A DNA stretch of 64,000 nucleotides, taken from contig CAUVXB020000002.1 of the NCBI GenBank assembly GCA_963555825.3, positions 3,565,590-3,629,589 of the forward strand, written 5' to 3'. This DNA is from Alphaproteobacteria bacterium. GTDB lineage: Bacteria > Pseudomonadota > Alphaproteobacteria > JAAXGF01. The notes beneath the pieces were generated by a model. That model was given only the letters and a program-made list of their open reading frames with translations. It was not told where the DNA came from and did not search any database. Within the stretch, counting starts at the first letter, position 1. Every line of letters begins with the position of its first letter. Both the position numbers and the translations under genes were made by a program. This document shows, piece by piece, positions 30,501-39,722 of the stretch.

Positions 30501-33025
30501 GTAATAGTGAGGGCATAGCCGTGATCGAGACGGATATTGCCGTACCAGTCGCGAATTTCGTCGTGATGGAACGAGACGGACCGCCCATCCTCGGTGCGCG
30601 CCGATATCAGAACACTCGGCTCCGTTCCGGCCGCGCCCCTTTCAACCTTGAAGTCCTCCACCGTGACCACGGTGCCGTTGAACAGCTGCTTCTCCCAGTG
30701 CGTGGCGCCGATGCGCAGCCGGTCGCCGCGCGCGATCTCCAGCGGCGAGGCCGTCCGTTCGTCTTCCGTGCCCCTGCTGACGATCACCGTCACCCGGTCC
30801 GCATGGGCCCGGTCCATATCGGCCCGTTCCCCATCCGGCAACGAAGCGAACCGGCGCTCACGCATCAGATGCGACAGTGCCCTCACTTCTGCCCGTGTGC
30901 GCGCCAGCACCACGCTTGATTTGCCTGGGTTCGCCCGTTGGTAGCGGTCCCAGTCATCGACCAGGCCGGTCAAAGTCTTTTCTTCGTCGTACCCGATATG
31001 GAACCGACCACGCAGGTGATGGGCTGCAATGGCTGAAGCCGCATCGCCGTCGCGCAGCGCCTCGGAAGCAGCGACCTGCCACGGCGTAAAAATAAGTTTT
31101 CCTTTCATGTTCTCGCAGTACGTAAGAATTCTGGTGCGCCTCTCCTCTGCCATCGAACTCGCCAGGAGCCGTGCCATCTCAGGTGTCTCCCCCTGGATAT
31201 GGGTCAGGATATCCTCCAGGTCCGCGTTCTGGCGCCGTATGCGGTCCACCCGCACGCTGCCAACGGCGTCCCGGATCAACCTGAGCCCCGGTCCCGCTTC
31301 CACCGGTTGTTGCTGTTGTGTGTCGCCCGCGAAGACGATCTTTGCTCCGTGGCGTTCGGAGAGCTGGAGAATATGATGCGCCTGACGGGTCGATAGCATT
31401 CCCGCCTCATCGACGATAATGGTGGTGTTTCCATCGATATCGATCCCGCCCCGCGCGGCAAGACGCAGCAGCTTGTCGACGCAGAACGGACGCGCATCAA
31501 CGTCATTGCCGAGCGCCACCGCCGTGCGCCAGGCCACGGCGGTGGCGATGATGTCGCTCCCGTGTTCGCGGTAGAGATCGGCGATGGGCCGCAGCGTCGT
31601 GGTTTTGCCCGAGCCCGCTGCTCCCTCGATAATGGCGACCCGGCCCCCGGATGCGGTAACCGACCGGATCGCCGCGATCTGTTCTTCGCTCAGTGGATAA
31701 CCCGCCTTCAGCAACCCCACTACCTTTGCCTCGATGGCCTCGGCGGACAAGGAATGTCCCGTATCGGCGGCCATGCCTGCCGCCATGTCCCTGACTTCCA
31801 TCTCCATATGCAGGTTGTGACGGGTTGAATACAGCCTGGTGTGCGCCATGTCGGCCCGGCCCTCAGCCGAACGCGGCGGGCGGGTCAGGCGCAAGACCTC
31901 GGGGCTTAGAAGCACACGTTCGATGCTTGTTGCTACCGCCTCATGGTTCAACAACCCGGCGGTGGCATTGCCCACCCGCTCGACGATGTCGGGCAGGCGG
32001 AAGACTGCTTCCTCGCGCGTAAGGCGGTACGGCAGGTCTTCCAGGACTTCTGTCAGCGCCCGAATCTGCTCTTGGGTAATCTCTTCCGACTTGCCCAGTA
32101 TCGAGGCAATCAGCACTTCGCGCTCGACATACCCCTCCGCTTCGCCTCGCCAGCGCCGGTGGCGAATCTCCGGATCATTGTCGGGAGACTTTCCGGCCCG
32201 CGTGATCTTGTTCGCTGCTGCTGCCCGTGGTGCGTTGCCCTCGACCGTAAAGCCCATCTCCCGGGCCGCTTCGATAATCGCCGCCCGGCGCTTGGACCAG
32301 TGTCCGATCAGGTCCTCGGGCATGCCTGCGACCCGCGTGAACTCTCCATCCTTGCCATACTGTTCCATGCGGATGCCGAGGCGTTCTTGCAGGCTCCAGG
32401 CGAGCGTATTGCGGTAGACCGCTCCCGCCGCCTTCATCCAGGCGTAGACCGGGTGTTGATGCAACGCCCGGTACTTGCCATCCCGGAGTGTCCGGGCAGC
32501 ATTGAAGATCACGCAGTGGGTATGAAGCTGCGGGTCGTTGTCGCGGCTGGTCCCATGCTGGAACATTGCCGCCGTGATATCGGCTGGCAGCACTTCGATA
32601 TCGCCATCCCGGTTACGGATACGGGTATAGGCGCAATGGCGCATCACCGTTTCTTCCAGTGCTACCCGTACCGCATCGTTATGCGTCCGCTCGATCTCCG
32701 ATCGCAGCTCGGGATCGGCTAAGGCCCATAAGGCCGAGACGCTCTTGTCGGCGCTGAAGGTCATGTCGAGACCCGCCGAGCGTCGCTCGCTTCCCGCGTT
32801 CTGTGTGAGCTTGCCTCCGGTGTTCGGTGCGAAGCCGTTATAAAGCCGGTGGAAGTCGACGCTGTCGACCTTGCTGCCGTCGGCAAGTCCGAACAAGCCT
32901 TTCGGGTTGAACCATACGCCGTCGGGTTCCTCACCCGCCGTGTAGTACTCGTTGGGATGTCGAAAAGAGCGCTGGCTCTCAAGGTAATACGCGGCCGAGG
33001 CCGCCTGGGCCAGCGTCGCTACCAT
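27548..33025 (-). CDS. MOBF (TrwC/TraI-like) relaxase-helicase with long repeated C-terminus
   Basis: YY..YY N-terminus, DMTFSADKSVS, HGTSR..DPQLHTH, GAAGSGKT, DEAGM, GDTQQ, GYALT..SAQGLT. Confidence 0.92.
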   Translation of the reverse strand: MVATLAQAASAAYYLESQRSFRHPNEYYTAGEEPDGVWFNPKGLFGLADGSKVDSVDFHRLYNGFAPNTGGKLTQNAGSERRSAGLDMTFSADKSVSALWALADPELRSEIERTHNDAVRVALEETVMRHCAYTRIRNRDGDIEVLPADITAAMFQHGTSRDNDPQLHTHCVIFNAARTLRDGKYRALHQHPVYAWMKAAGAVYRNTLAWSLQERLGIRMEQYGKDGEFTRVAGMPEDLIGHWSKRRAAIIEAAREMGFTVEGNAPRAAAANKITRAGKSPDNDPEIRHRRWRGEAEGYVEREVLIASILGKSEEITQEQIRALTEVLEDLPYRLTREEAVFRLPDIVERVGNATAGLLNHEAVATSIERVLLSPEVLRLTRPPRSAEGRADMAHTRLYSTRHNLHMEMEVRDMAAGMAADTGHSLSAEAIEAKVVGLLKAGYPLSEEQIAAIRSVTASGGRVAIIEGAAGSGKTTTLRPIADLYREHGSDIIATAVAWRTAVALGNDVDARPFCVDKLLRLAARGGIDIDGNTTIIVDEAGMLSTRQAHHILQLSERHGAKIVFAGDTQQQQPVEAGPGLRLIRDAVGSVRVDRIRRQNADLEDILTHIQGETPEMARLLASSMAEERRTRILTYCENMKGKLIFTPWQVAASEALRDGDAASAIAAHHLRGRFHIGYDEEKTLTGLVDDWDRYQRANPGKSSVVLARTRAEVRALSHLMRERRFASLPDGERADMDRAHADRVTVIVSRGTEDERTASPLEIARGDRLRIGATHWEKQLFNGTVVTVEDFKVERGAAGTEPSVLISARTEDGRSVSFHHDEIRDWYGNIRLDHGYALTITSAQGLTVDRTFLLADARPSRETIYPAATRHRERLDIYVNRTPLTLDIADRRADNDREVAVTDTEIRAYLAERWSRSQPKEAALDYMADAIWEDRREDVRGDRSRSPGEAQGEAGDIRAAANDNALARIARDVRRTAFGWRHAQTVSTFVDGRREVLAAYDDLRERTRIEGDAVALSGAYRETLTRHAALQKQAAAFRARPDDFASLLAERGGIARKDLDAFEELHARARRHQRAATMRHVHRIKKEAEQEAQQPKPELRQGELALKGGRADAPRRADTMTRDTAGMQSSDRDAASTQYFDTVPPVEAEDYPWAHAAAAQEDVPPLRLDQEDPPKPDWHAAYEALWRDWSELIERVRQAGEPLFYAKGYVDIIPRIRELTENPDIPAGTRAPMIEALENHQRDLSARQYVEDYLDAAERHMDTHASLQRVADGLGVRIVEVSDHLGWRQEADRLTEAAEAILADGERYGVHLDNMGTGRVRMEGELSRLRRVIREDGEYASAVKTPEPHGEPADTREKAEQPEPAKRAWVPDYEALRQDWNSLIENARQAGIPLFYAKGYMDIVARIRELMENPDIPAKSQAPLIQVLENHQHYLSTRKQILEYPGEAQRQMDARASLRDVAADRENELTGVSAYPDWRQEAERLTAAGEAILSRKETYGAHLDRLVEARTHMTRALSALREVIRDDDKELAERQARELRRQQNRHWVGPRFASVDDAPVPGQVGTIGAEPVRTAFSRFGRAVGHLVGGQGYHDRLRTAAFAREVLQRSQVLKRDWNRQVERAAEDGVHVIYTDGYDRLHKELDSVSKNMLLDRGVESEISTVLAQIGKVVSNRNYFDSCREHMAGQMDRRQALEAKAAKRGVAVPNHEDYDTWRNVTDFAVGRCEGLMDDPVNYGIHLDYIALREESLGSALTRVRDVLEDDDRHLAATLAGQRAGESLQMRDERVSRLLDDPEKLRELRQQRAERKAERQQQSKGRYWSMRI

Positions 33026-33184
33026 GACGCGGCCTCCGCTACGTCATGGTCAACGGCGGCGATACCAATATTTGCGCACACACGGGATATGAATATTGGC
33101 GTGTACACAATTCCAACCTCGAAGGTTCATTAACGCTTCAGCGGGTTACCGTAAACGGCTTTGCGAATCCTGATATCTCAGACA

Positions 33185-33240
33185 TTTCACTCCACACCTA
33201 GCTATAAGCAGTGCACTAGGGTGCAGAGGTGTGAGAAGTA
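33185..33240. promoter_or_regulatory. Candidate oriT
   Basis: Lies between the divergent relaxase and small gene; IR CACACCT/AGGTGTG; minus-strand GGTGTGG resembles the F-type nic core. Confidence 0.4.
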
Positions 33241-33513
33241 ACAAACGCCATTTCGCTCTCGTTCGCGACCGAGCATACGCATATCGTTCAAGGTTGCAAG
33301 GGATTTTTTGACACGCCGCAGGGACGGCGCGCAGGTTTGGCATCCGCAGGATTTTCGCGCTGTTGCATTCGGGGGAGGTTAGGCAAGCGCACGGACCATC
33401 ATGGCCGGTGTTTCGGATTGCCAAGGCTCTTATTCCTCAGAACGGTGATCGGATAGCCGACGAATGCATCTGGGCTTGATTACGAATCCTGAAATGGCGG
33501 AGGGAGACGGAAT

Positions 33514-33816
33514 ATGACTGCGAAACGCTTCAACAAAGCGGATATCGACTTCAATGCCATAGATGGTGAATTGGCGAAACTTGTGCCGCCTAAGCTGAGC
33601 CTGACGGATGTGCTGGACCGTTTGCGGAAGCGATTGGTCGAGCAACAGGCCAAGGGGGTTACGGTGGCTCAGATGCATGAAGTGTTGAAATCGGGCGGCA
33701 TCGATATCACGGAGCGCAGTCTGCGGACCTTTCTGGACAAGGGCGTATTGCCGGGAAGGAAGGTTGCCGAGGCCGCCAGGTCCATGGTGTCGGAAGAAGG
33801 CAGTGATCCGTTCTGA
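33514..33816 (+). CDS. Small protein divergent from the relaxase (probable relaxosome accessory protein)
   Basis: GGAGGGAG RBS; 100-aa helical protein; position next to the candidate oriT. Confidence 0.7.
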   Translation: MTAKRFNKADIDFNAIDGELAKLVPPKLSLTDVLDRLRKRLVEQQAKGVTVAQMHEVLKSGGIDITERSLRTFLDKGVLPGRKVAEAARSMVSEEGSDPF

Positions 33817-34102
33817 GCCGAACGACGGCGCATATGGGTTCGCGAATCAACGAACCGCGGTCCGAAGAACGGCGGTCCGTCGTGGCGGTTTTCGGGATGC
33901 GGATAATGAAGTGGCAATGGGGGATGGGCCGGGCGATGGCGTGGCGCGTCAGCGCCCGCGTACGGCGATGGCGCGAAGCGCCGTGCCGTGAGGCGGCGAT
34001 GCATCGTTCGAAGAACGAGGAGCCGACAGCGAGCGTAAGCTCGCACAATTGGCGGTGGCGCGAAGCGCCCCGCCATGGGCCGTGACTTTATGCACCCGGC
34101 AT

Positions 34103-34146
34103 AAAAAAGGGGCCGACCTCCGCTGTGTGATGGCGGGGGCCGACCC
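34103..34146 (-). terminator. Rho-independent terminator (minus strand)
   Basis: GGGUCGGCCCCCGC/GCGGAGGUCGGCCC stem with G-U pairs only on the minus strand, then U6. Confidence 0.7.
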
Positions 34147-34174
34147 TGAAGGGTGCCGTTATGCGGCGGCGAGA

Positions 34175-34274
34175 ATAATGCCGAGTAGTTGCTAATGCCG
34201 AGTGACGTGCGGGGAACGGCTTGTCCGCGCCGATTTCCCACCGATTCGCTCGGCATTAATTCTGGTAGTCAGTT
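34175..34274 (+). repeat. RIT left inverted repeat
   Basis: Reverse complement of 37809-37908 with 2 mismatches by eye; internal TAATGCCGAG repeats. Confidence 0.9.
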
Positions 34275-34322
34275 TTCCGGCAAAGTCGTCCTCCCTTTCG
34301 ATCAGATGGAGGACGACAACAA

Positions 34323-35894
34323 ATGTCTTCGACACCCAACCGCCGGCCCCTGCTGGGGACCACAGCACTGGCCGGCTTCGACGCAAGCATTTTCGCGTTC
34401 ATTGACGATCTTCGTCGTCGCGGCGAGATTGCTGAAGGTCAGTTCCCCAAGTACCGGTATGCCGCCCGTCACTTCCTGATCTGGCTTGAGCTCACCGGTA
34501 TCGCGCTCAAAACAGTCGACGCCACAGTCATCGACCGCTTTCTGCGGCACGATTGCCGTTGTGCCGCATCGTCCGCACCTGTCCGGCCTCGCCGCTGGCG
34601 CAAGGGCCGCACGTCGCCCAAACTCATGACGTTCATCCGCTTCCTTGAGCGGACGGGGCGGATCGAGACGCCGGGTGAGCTGGACGACAATTTCCAGTTG
34701 CTGGACGCGTTCCTCGCGGGCTTGCGCCGCGGTAGATATGCGACCGCAACCATCAAACTGTACCGTTACGGCTGCGCCGGTCTCATTGTCTGGCTCCACC
34801 TCTCACGGATCCGCCTGCGCGATCTGACACCGGATATTTATGCACGCTTCCGGAACAGGCAGTTCGTCTGCTCAATCCCCGGGATGTTCTGCGGCCACGA
34901 AACGCAGTCACCCGGAACCGCTTACCGAACCGAAGTCCGCGGCTTCCTGAAGCATCTCGTCGCAATCGGGCGGATTGAACCCCTGGAGCCGTTCCCGGGC
35001 GAGAAGGCGCCGTCCGCTCGCCTTGAGAGGTACGCCGTGTGGCTTGAACGCCATCGCGGCATCTGCCCGGGGACTATACGCCAGCATGTCCGTTTGATCG
35101 CAGAGATGCTGCCTCACCTTGGAGATGATCCCGGGGGTTATGGCGCGGCACTGATCCGGCGAGTGCTGTTCGAGCATATGGAGCCCTGGTCGCGAAGCTA
35201 CGCCCAGAGGCTGACAACCGTGATGCGCATGTACCTTCGGTTCCTGGTATCGGAAGGCAGCATCGCGGCAGCGCTGGTCGGGGCCGTGCCGACGGTGCCT
35301 CAGTGGCGGTTGTCAACCTTGCCACGGTACATCCCGGCCGACGATGTCGCGCGCACCATCGCCTCCTGCGGTGATGACCCTATGGGCGTACGCGACCGGG
35401 CGATCCTGCTGCTTCTGGCACGACTTGCACTGCGGGCAGGGGACATCGTTGCCCTGCGCCTCGGCGATATCGACTGGGACAGGGCCGAGATCCGTGTCTC
35501 GGGAAAGTCACGACGGCAGACGGCTCTGCCGCTGCCCCAGGATGCCGGCGACGCGCTCCATGCCTATATCGCGACGGTGCGGCCAAGGGTGGATGAGGAG
35601 AAGGTGTTCCTCTGCGTCAACGCACCCTGTCGACCGTTCACCGACTCAAGCACCGTCAGTGCTGTGGCGGAACGCGCACTCGACCGCGTCGGGGTCAAGA
35701 CCTTCGCCGGTCGCGGTGCGCATGCGTTCCGCCACTCCCAGGCGACAGCGTTGCTCAGGTCGGGAGCAACGCTCGATGTCATCCAATCGCTGCTCCGGCA
35801 CGCCTCCCCCGACACCACCATGATCTACGCCAAGACCGATGCGGTCATGTTGCAGGAGATCGCCCAGCCCTGGATCGGAGGGATCGAGGCATGA
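34323..35894 (+). CDS. Tyrosine recombinase, RitA-like (extended N-terminus)
   Basis: RDRAILLLLARLALRAGD, HAFRHS, LRH, TMIYAK. Confidence 0.9.
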   Translation: MSSTPNRRPLLGTTALAGFDASIFAFIDDLRRRGEIAEGQFPKYRYAARHFLIWLELTGIALKTVDATVIDRFLRHDCRCAASSAPVRPRRWRKGRTSPKLMTFIRFLERTGRIETPGELDDNFQLLDAFLAGLRRGRYATATIKLYRYGCAGLIVWLHLSRIRLRDLTPDIYARFRNRQFVCSIPGMFCGHETQSPGTAYRTEVRGFLKHLVAIGRIEPLEPFPGEKAPSARLERYAVWLERHRGICPGTIRQHVRLIAEMLPHLGDDPGGYGAALIRRVLFEHMEPWSRSYAQRLTTVMRMYLRFLVSEGSIAAALVGAVPTVPQWRLSTLPRYIPADDVARTIASCGDDPMGVRDRAILLLLARLALRAGDIVALRLGDIDWDRAEIRVSGKSRRQTALPLPQDAGDALHAYIATVRPRVDEEKVFLCVNAPCRPFTDSSTVSAVAERALDRVGVKTFAGRGAHAFRHSQATALLRSGATLDVIQSLLRHASPDTTMIYAKTDAVMLQEIAQPWIGGIEA

Positions 35895-36829
35895 CGGAGA
35901 AAGCCACCATCACAGAGCATATCGAGCGCTTTGTCGCGATGAAGCAAAGGGTCGGTTACCGGTTCACGCGGAGCGGGACGACACTGCGGAGCTTTGCGCG
36001 GTTCGCCGAGGGCCGTGACGAAACATTCATCCGTTACGAGACAGCCCTCGAATGGGCATCGGCATCGGCGGCGGCGTCACGAAACGAGCGAGTGAGCAAG
36101 CTGCGAGCGGTCCATGCCATGGCCTGCTGGCTGCATGCCGAGGACCCACGTCACGAGGTGCCGCCCCGTGATGCTCTAGGTCATCTGTCCAAAAGGAGAC
36201 CGCAGCCGTACCTGGTATCGGTCCCGGACATCCAGAAACTGCTGACAGCGGCACTGTCCATGCGGCCCGTCGGCACCATCGCCCCGCTGACCTGGCACCA
36301 CCTGTTCGGTCTCATCGCCGCAACCGGCCTGCGCATCGGCGAAGCCCTCGCATTGACGCTGGACGACATCACGCCTGACGGCCTCGTCATCCGAGACACG
36401 AAGTTCGGCAAGACGAGGATGGTCGCGCTGCACCCGACCACCTGGGATGCGCTGAACCGCTATCTGGATGCACGACTCAAGGAGAAAACTCCAGACCGGC
36501 ATCTGTTCGTGATCGCCACCGGCCGGTGCCCACATAGACAGTATGCGGATCACGTCTTCCGCAAAATCGCGGAGCAAGCGGGAATCCGGGAACCCGACGC
36601 GGCACGAGGACCGACCCCGCACTCGCTACGGCATTCTTTCGCCGTCCGGTCACTTGAGAACCTGGCTCCCGGCGTCAACCCGGACCGTCACATATTGGCC
36701 CTCGCCACCTACCTCGGCCATGTCGGGGTCTCGAGCACCTATTGGTATCTGGAATCGACCCCGGTCCTGCTGCGCGGCATCGCCGAGGCCGCGCAGCAGG
36801 CTCACGCGAATGGAGGGTCCGATGACTGA
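35891..36829 (+). CDS. Tyrosine recombinase, RitB-like
   Basis: TGLRIGEAL, TKFGK.R, HSLRHSFA, LATYLGH, TYWYL. Confidence 0.9.
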   Translation: MTEKATITEHIERFVAMKQRVGYRFTRSGTTLRSFARFAEGRDETFIRYETALEWASASAAASRNERVSKLRAVHAMACWLHAEDPRHEVPPRDALGHLSKRRPQPYLVSVPDIQKLLTAALSMRPVGTIAPLTWHHLFGLIAATGLRIGEALALTLDDITPDGLVIRDTKFGKTRMVALHPTTWDALNRYLDARLKEKTPDRHLFVIATGRCPHRQYADHVFRKIAEQAGIREPDAARGPTPHSLRHSFAVRSLENLAPGVNPDRHILALATYLGHVGVSSTYWYLESTPVLLRGIAEAAQQAHANGGSDD

Positions 36830-37814
36830 TCTTGCCCCCCATCTCACCGCCTTCCTGCAGGAGCACCTGCCCAACGAGCGGCGCTTCAGCCGACACACCG
36901 TGCAGAGCTATACCGAGTGCTTCCGGCTGCTCGTCCTCTACGCGGCGGAGCAAATCAAAGTCCGCCCCTGTGCTTTGAAAATCGAGCACTTCACGGTGGC
37001 GCTCCTGCTGGCCTTCCTCGAATCCCTGGAGAAGGTTCGCAACAACAGCATCGGCACGCGCAATATCCGCCTCGCCGCCATCAAGTCCTTCTTCCGGTAC
37101 GTGGAATACCGTGTCCCGAGCTGCCTCGACCACGCATTGCAGGTGCGCGCCATCCCGCAGAAGCGCGCCGACAAGCCCCTGATCGACTGGCTCGACCGGA
37201 CCGAGATGCAGGCGATCCTGGATGCTCCGGATACCGCAACGGTGGCAGGCTTGCGCGACCGCGCGATGCTGCACCTGTGCTACGCCGCCGGGCTGCGGGT
37301 GTCGGAACTGACCGGACTCACCCTCGACAGCCTGTCGGGTTCCCAGCTTGAGACTATCCGCGTCCTGGGCAAGGGGCGGCGCGAGCGCGAACTGCCGCTG
37401 TGGAGGGAAACGAAAACCGTCCTCAATGAGTGGCTCGACGTCCGGCCGGCCGTCAACAACCGCTACCTGTTCCTCAACGCACGGGGGCGGGCAATGAGCA
37501 CGGACGGCTTCGCATACATCCTCAAGCAGCATGTCGCCACGGCGGCCCAGAAGGTCCCGTCGATCGACACCAAGCGGGTGACCCCGCATGTGCTCCGTCA
37601 CTCGACGGCAATGACGATCCTGCATGCCACCGACGATATACGGAAGGTCTCGTTGTGGCTCGGGCATGCGGACATCAAGATCACCGAAACGTATGTCCGC
37701 GCGAGCCCGGCCGAGAAACTGGCAATCCTTGAGATCAACACACCGCCTTCCATCCGGTCGGGGAACTTCCCGGGTCTGAAGGACAGCCTGATGAGGGTTC
37801 TCGGCGGGAACTGA
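36822..37814 (+). CDS. Tyrosine recombinase, RitC-like
   Basis: GLRVSEL, GKGRRER, PHVLRHS, WLGHA, TETY. Confidence 0.9.
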   Translation: MTDLAPHLTAFLQEHLPNERRFSRHTVQSYTECFRLLVLYAAEQIKVRPCALKIEHFTVALLLAFLESLEKVRNNSIGTRNIRLAAIKSFFRYVEYRVPSCLDHALQVRAIPQKRADKPLIDWLDRTEMQAILDAPDTATVAGLRDRAMLHLCYAAGLRVSELTGLTLDSLSGSQLETIRVLGKGRRERELPLWRETKTVLNEWLDVRPAVNNRYLFLNARGRAMSTDGFAYILKQHVATAAQKVPSIDTKRVTPHVLRHSTAMTILHATDDIRKVSLWLGHADIKITETYVRASPAEKLAILEINTPPSIRSGNFPGLKDSLMRVLGGN

Positions 37815-37908
37815 CTGCCAGAATTAATGCCGAGCGAATCGGCGGGAAATCGGCGCGGACAAGCCGTTCCCCGCACGTCACTCGGCATTAGCAACTACTC
37901 GGCATTAT
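37809..37908 (-). repeat. RIT right inverted repeat
   Basis: Partner of 34175-34274; contains the ritC stop codon. Confidence 0.9.
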
Positions 37909-37909
37909 G

Positions 37910-37937
37910 CTCGTTATGCAGAGCTCTGCATAACGAG
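37910..37937. repeat. Perfect 28-bp palindrome at the RIT end
   Basis: CTCGTTATGCAGAGCTCTGCATAACGAG equals its own reverse complement. Confidence 0.9.
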
Positions 37938-38173
37938 AAGGACGGGGATTCCGATCTTGCGTGCCTTGTCGATCATGTTATTCGTTTCACCTGCAAACGT
38001 TGACAGGAGATGTCAGGGGTTATCAGAACATGACATTATAGGTACTTTTCAATGTGTTATGGAATAGCATATAGCCTCTTTAACCGTCATGGGATGTCAG
38101 GAAGCGCCTGTAGTTTACTTTCTTGTGTTGGTTTGAGTGTTGACAATATACCCGCGCTAGCCATAATCGGAGG

Positions 38174-38670
38174 ATGCCAAAACATACCGGTAAACGTGTC
38201 GCGCTGAACAAGCTGACCTTGACCAAACGCGCTGTCGAGGCGATGGAGCCCGCGGATAAACCCTGGATCGCCTGGGATGACAAATTGACCGGGTTCGTGA
38301 TCTATGATCTTATATCGCTGATTTAATTCATTATTTGTATGTTTTCATTTTCTCCGTAAGCAAAATGCAAGCGAATTCAATCCAATTCCAGCGCTCACGG
38401 GCGCATCTCTGACGTAGCTCCCGCCCGACCCTCAAGAGGACTGCCGCACGCAATGGCCCGCCTCACCTGACTGCGTGCTGGCGGGCGGTCTGCGAACACG
38501 CGAGGCTCGGCAGGCTGCGCCTGCACGACCTTCGCCACACCGCAGCCAGCCAGGCCATCATGCCTGGCGAAAACCTGCCCCTGGTCGGCAAGTTGCTCGG
38601 GCACCGACGGCACCGGACCACGGCGGGCAACGCCCACCTTGCCGACGAGCACCTCGTCGAGGCAGGGACA
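38174..38670 (+). pseudogene. Phage-type tyrosine integrase remnant (N- and C-terminal pieces only)
   Basis: LTKRAVEAM..WDDKLTGF (arm-binding) at 38174-38297; LHDLRHTAAS..LLGH..TTAGNAH at ~38505-38665, with Asn where the catalytic Tyr is expected. Confidence 0.8.
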
Positions 38671-38957
38671 TTTTATTGTCCGGCAAGGGTGTCAACGCCG
38701 GTTGAAGATTCGGCCAAGGGGCGGGGCAAAAGACCGCCACCTGGGCTGGTGGGCTGAGCTTGGCGTGAGATTGGGATTCGGAGATGCGGTGCGAGGGTTT
38801 TTCGGCGGGAGCGGGCAGCGGAGCCATGCAGGGCTCAAGCGGTCCGCGCCCGCCGGCCGCCCGCGGGGCGGCATGGTTTGTCGGGTTGGGGTTAGTCTCG
38901 CCACCCGGGCCTTAGGGGCGCGTTGCCGGCCGGGGCCGCGCGACGGCGCGCCGCGGT

Positions 38958-39722
38958 TCAGCTATCGGCGCTGTTTCCGCGGGCGCGGCTCTGGCTGAGG
39001 CGGTAGCTGTCGCCGTTCATCTCGAGGATGTTGACGTGATGGGTGAGACGGTCGAGCCGCGCCCCGGTCAGGCGCTCGGAGCCGAAGGTCCCGGTCCATT
39101 CGTCGAAGGGGAGGTTGGAGGTGATGAGCGTGGCGCCCCGCTCGTAGCGCTGCGAGATCAGCTCGAACAGAAGCTCGGCGCCGGTCTTGCTCGGCGGCAC
39201 GAAGCCCAACTCGTCGATGATCGGCAGCGTGCCGGCGACCATCTGCTTCTGGAGCCGCGGGAGGCGGCGCTCGTCGCGGGCTTCCATCAACTTGTGCACG
39301 AGCGTGGCGGCCGTGGTGAAGCCGGTGGAGAGGCCCCTCTGGCAGGCGGCCAGTCCGAGCCCCAGGGCGACATGGGTCTTGCCGGTGCCGCTCGGGCCCA
39401 GGGCGATGACGTTCTCGCGCCGCTCGATCCACTCGCGGCGCGCCAACTCCAGCACCCGCGCCTTGTTCAGCGCGGGGATGGCCTTGAAGTCGAAGCTGTC
39501 GGGGCTCTTGGCGACCGGGAACTTCGCCGCCTTGATGCGCCGCTCGACCATGCGCCGTTCGCGATCGATCAGTTCCAGCTCCACCAGCCGGGCCAGGAAC
39601 CGAACATGATCCAGGCCCTCGGCCGCGCACTGGCGCGCCACTTTCTCGTATTCCCGCGGGAAGGTCGGCAGCCTCGGGGTCTTGAGGTGGTGTGCCAGCA
39701 GGATGTGGGGCCTGTCCGTCAT
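38958..39722 (-). pseudogene. istB: IS21 helper ATPase, open but heavily substituted
   Basis: GPSGTGKT, IIDELG; many Leu->Pro changes relative to 20484-21248. Confidence 0.8.

Larger units (their letters stand above)
34175..37933 (+). mobile_element. RIT element (recombinase in trio)
   Basis: Three overlapping tyrosine recombinase genes, 100-bp IRs, terminal palindrome, CGAGAA direct repeats. Confidence 0.9.

Noticed and set aside
34155-34175. tmRNA tag-like ...LAAA* ending
   Set aside because: No AND.. resume sequence or tRNA-like domain; better explained as a protein C-terminal remnant.
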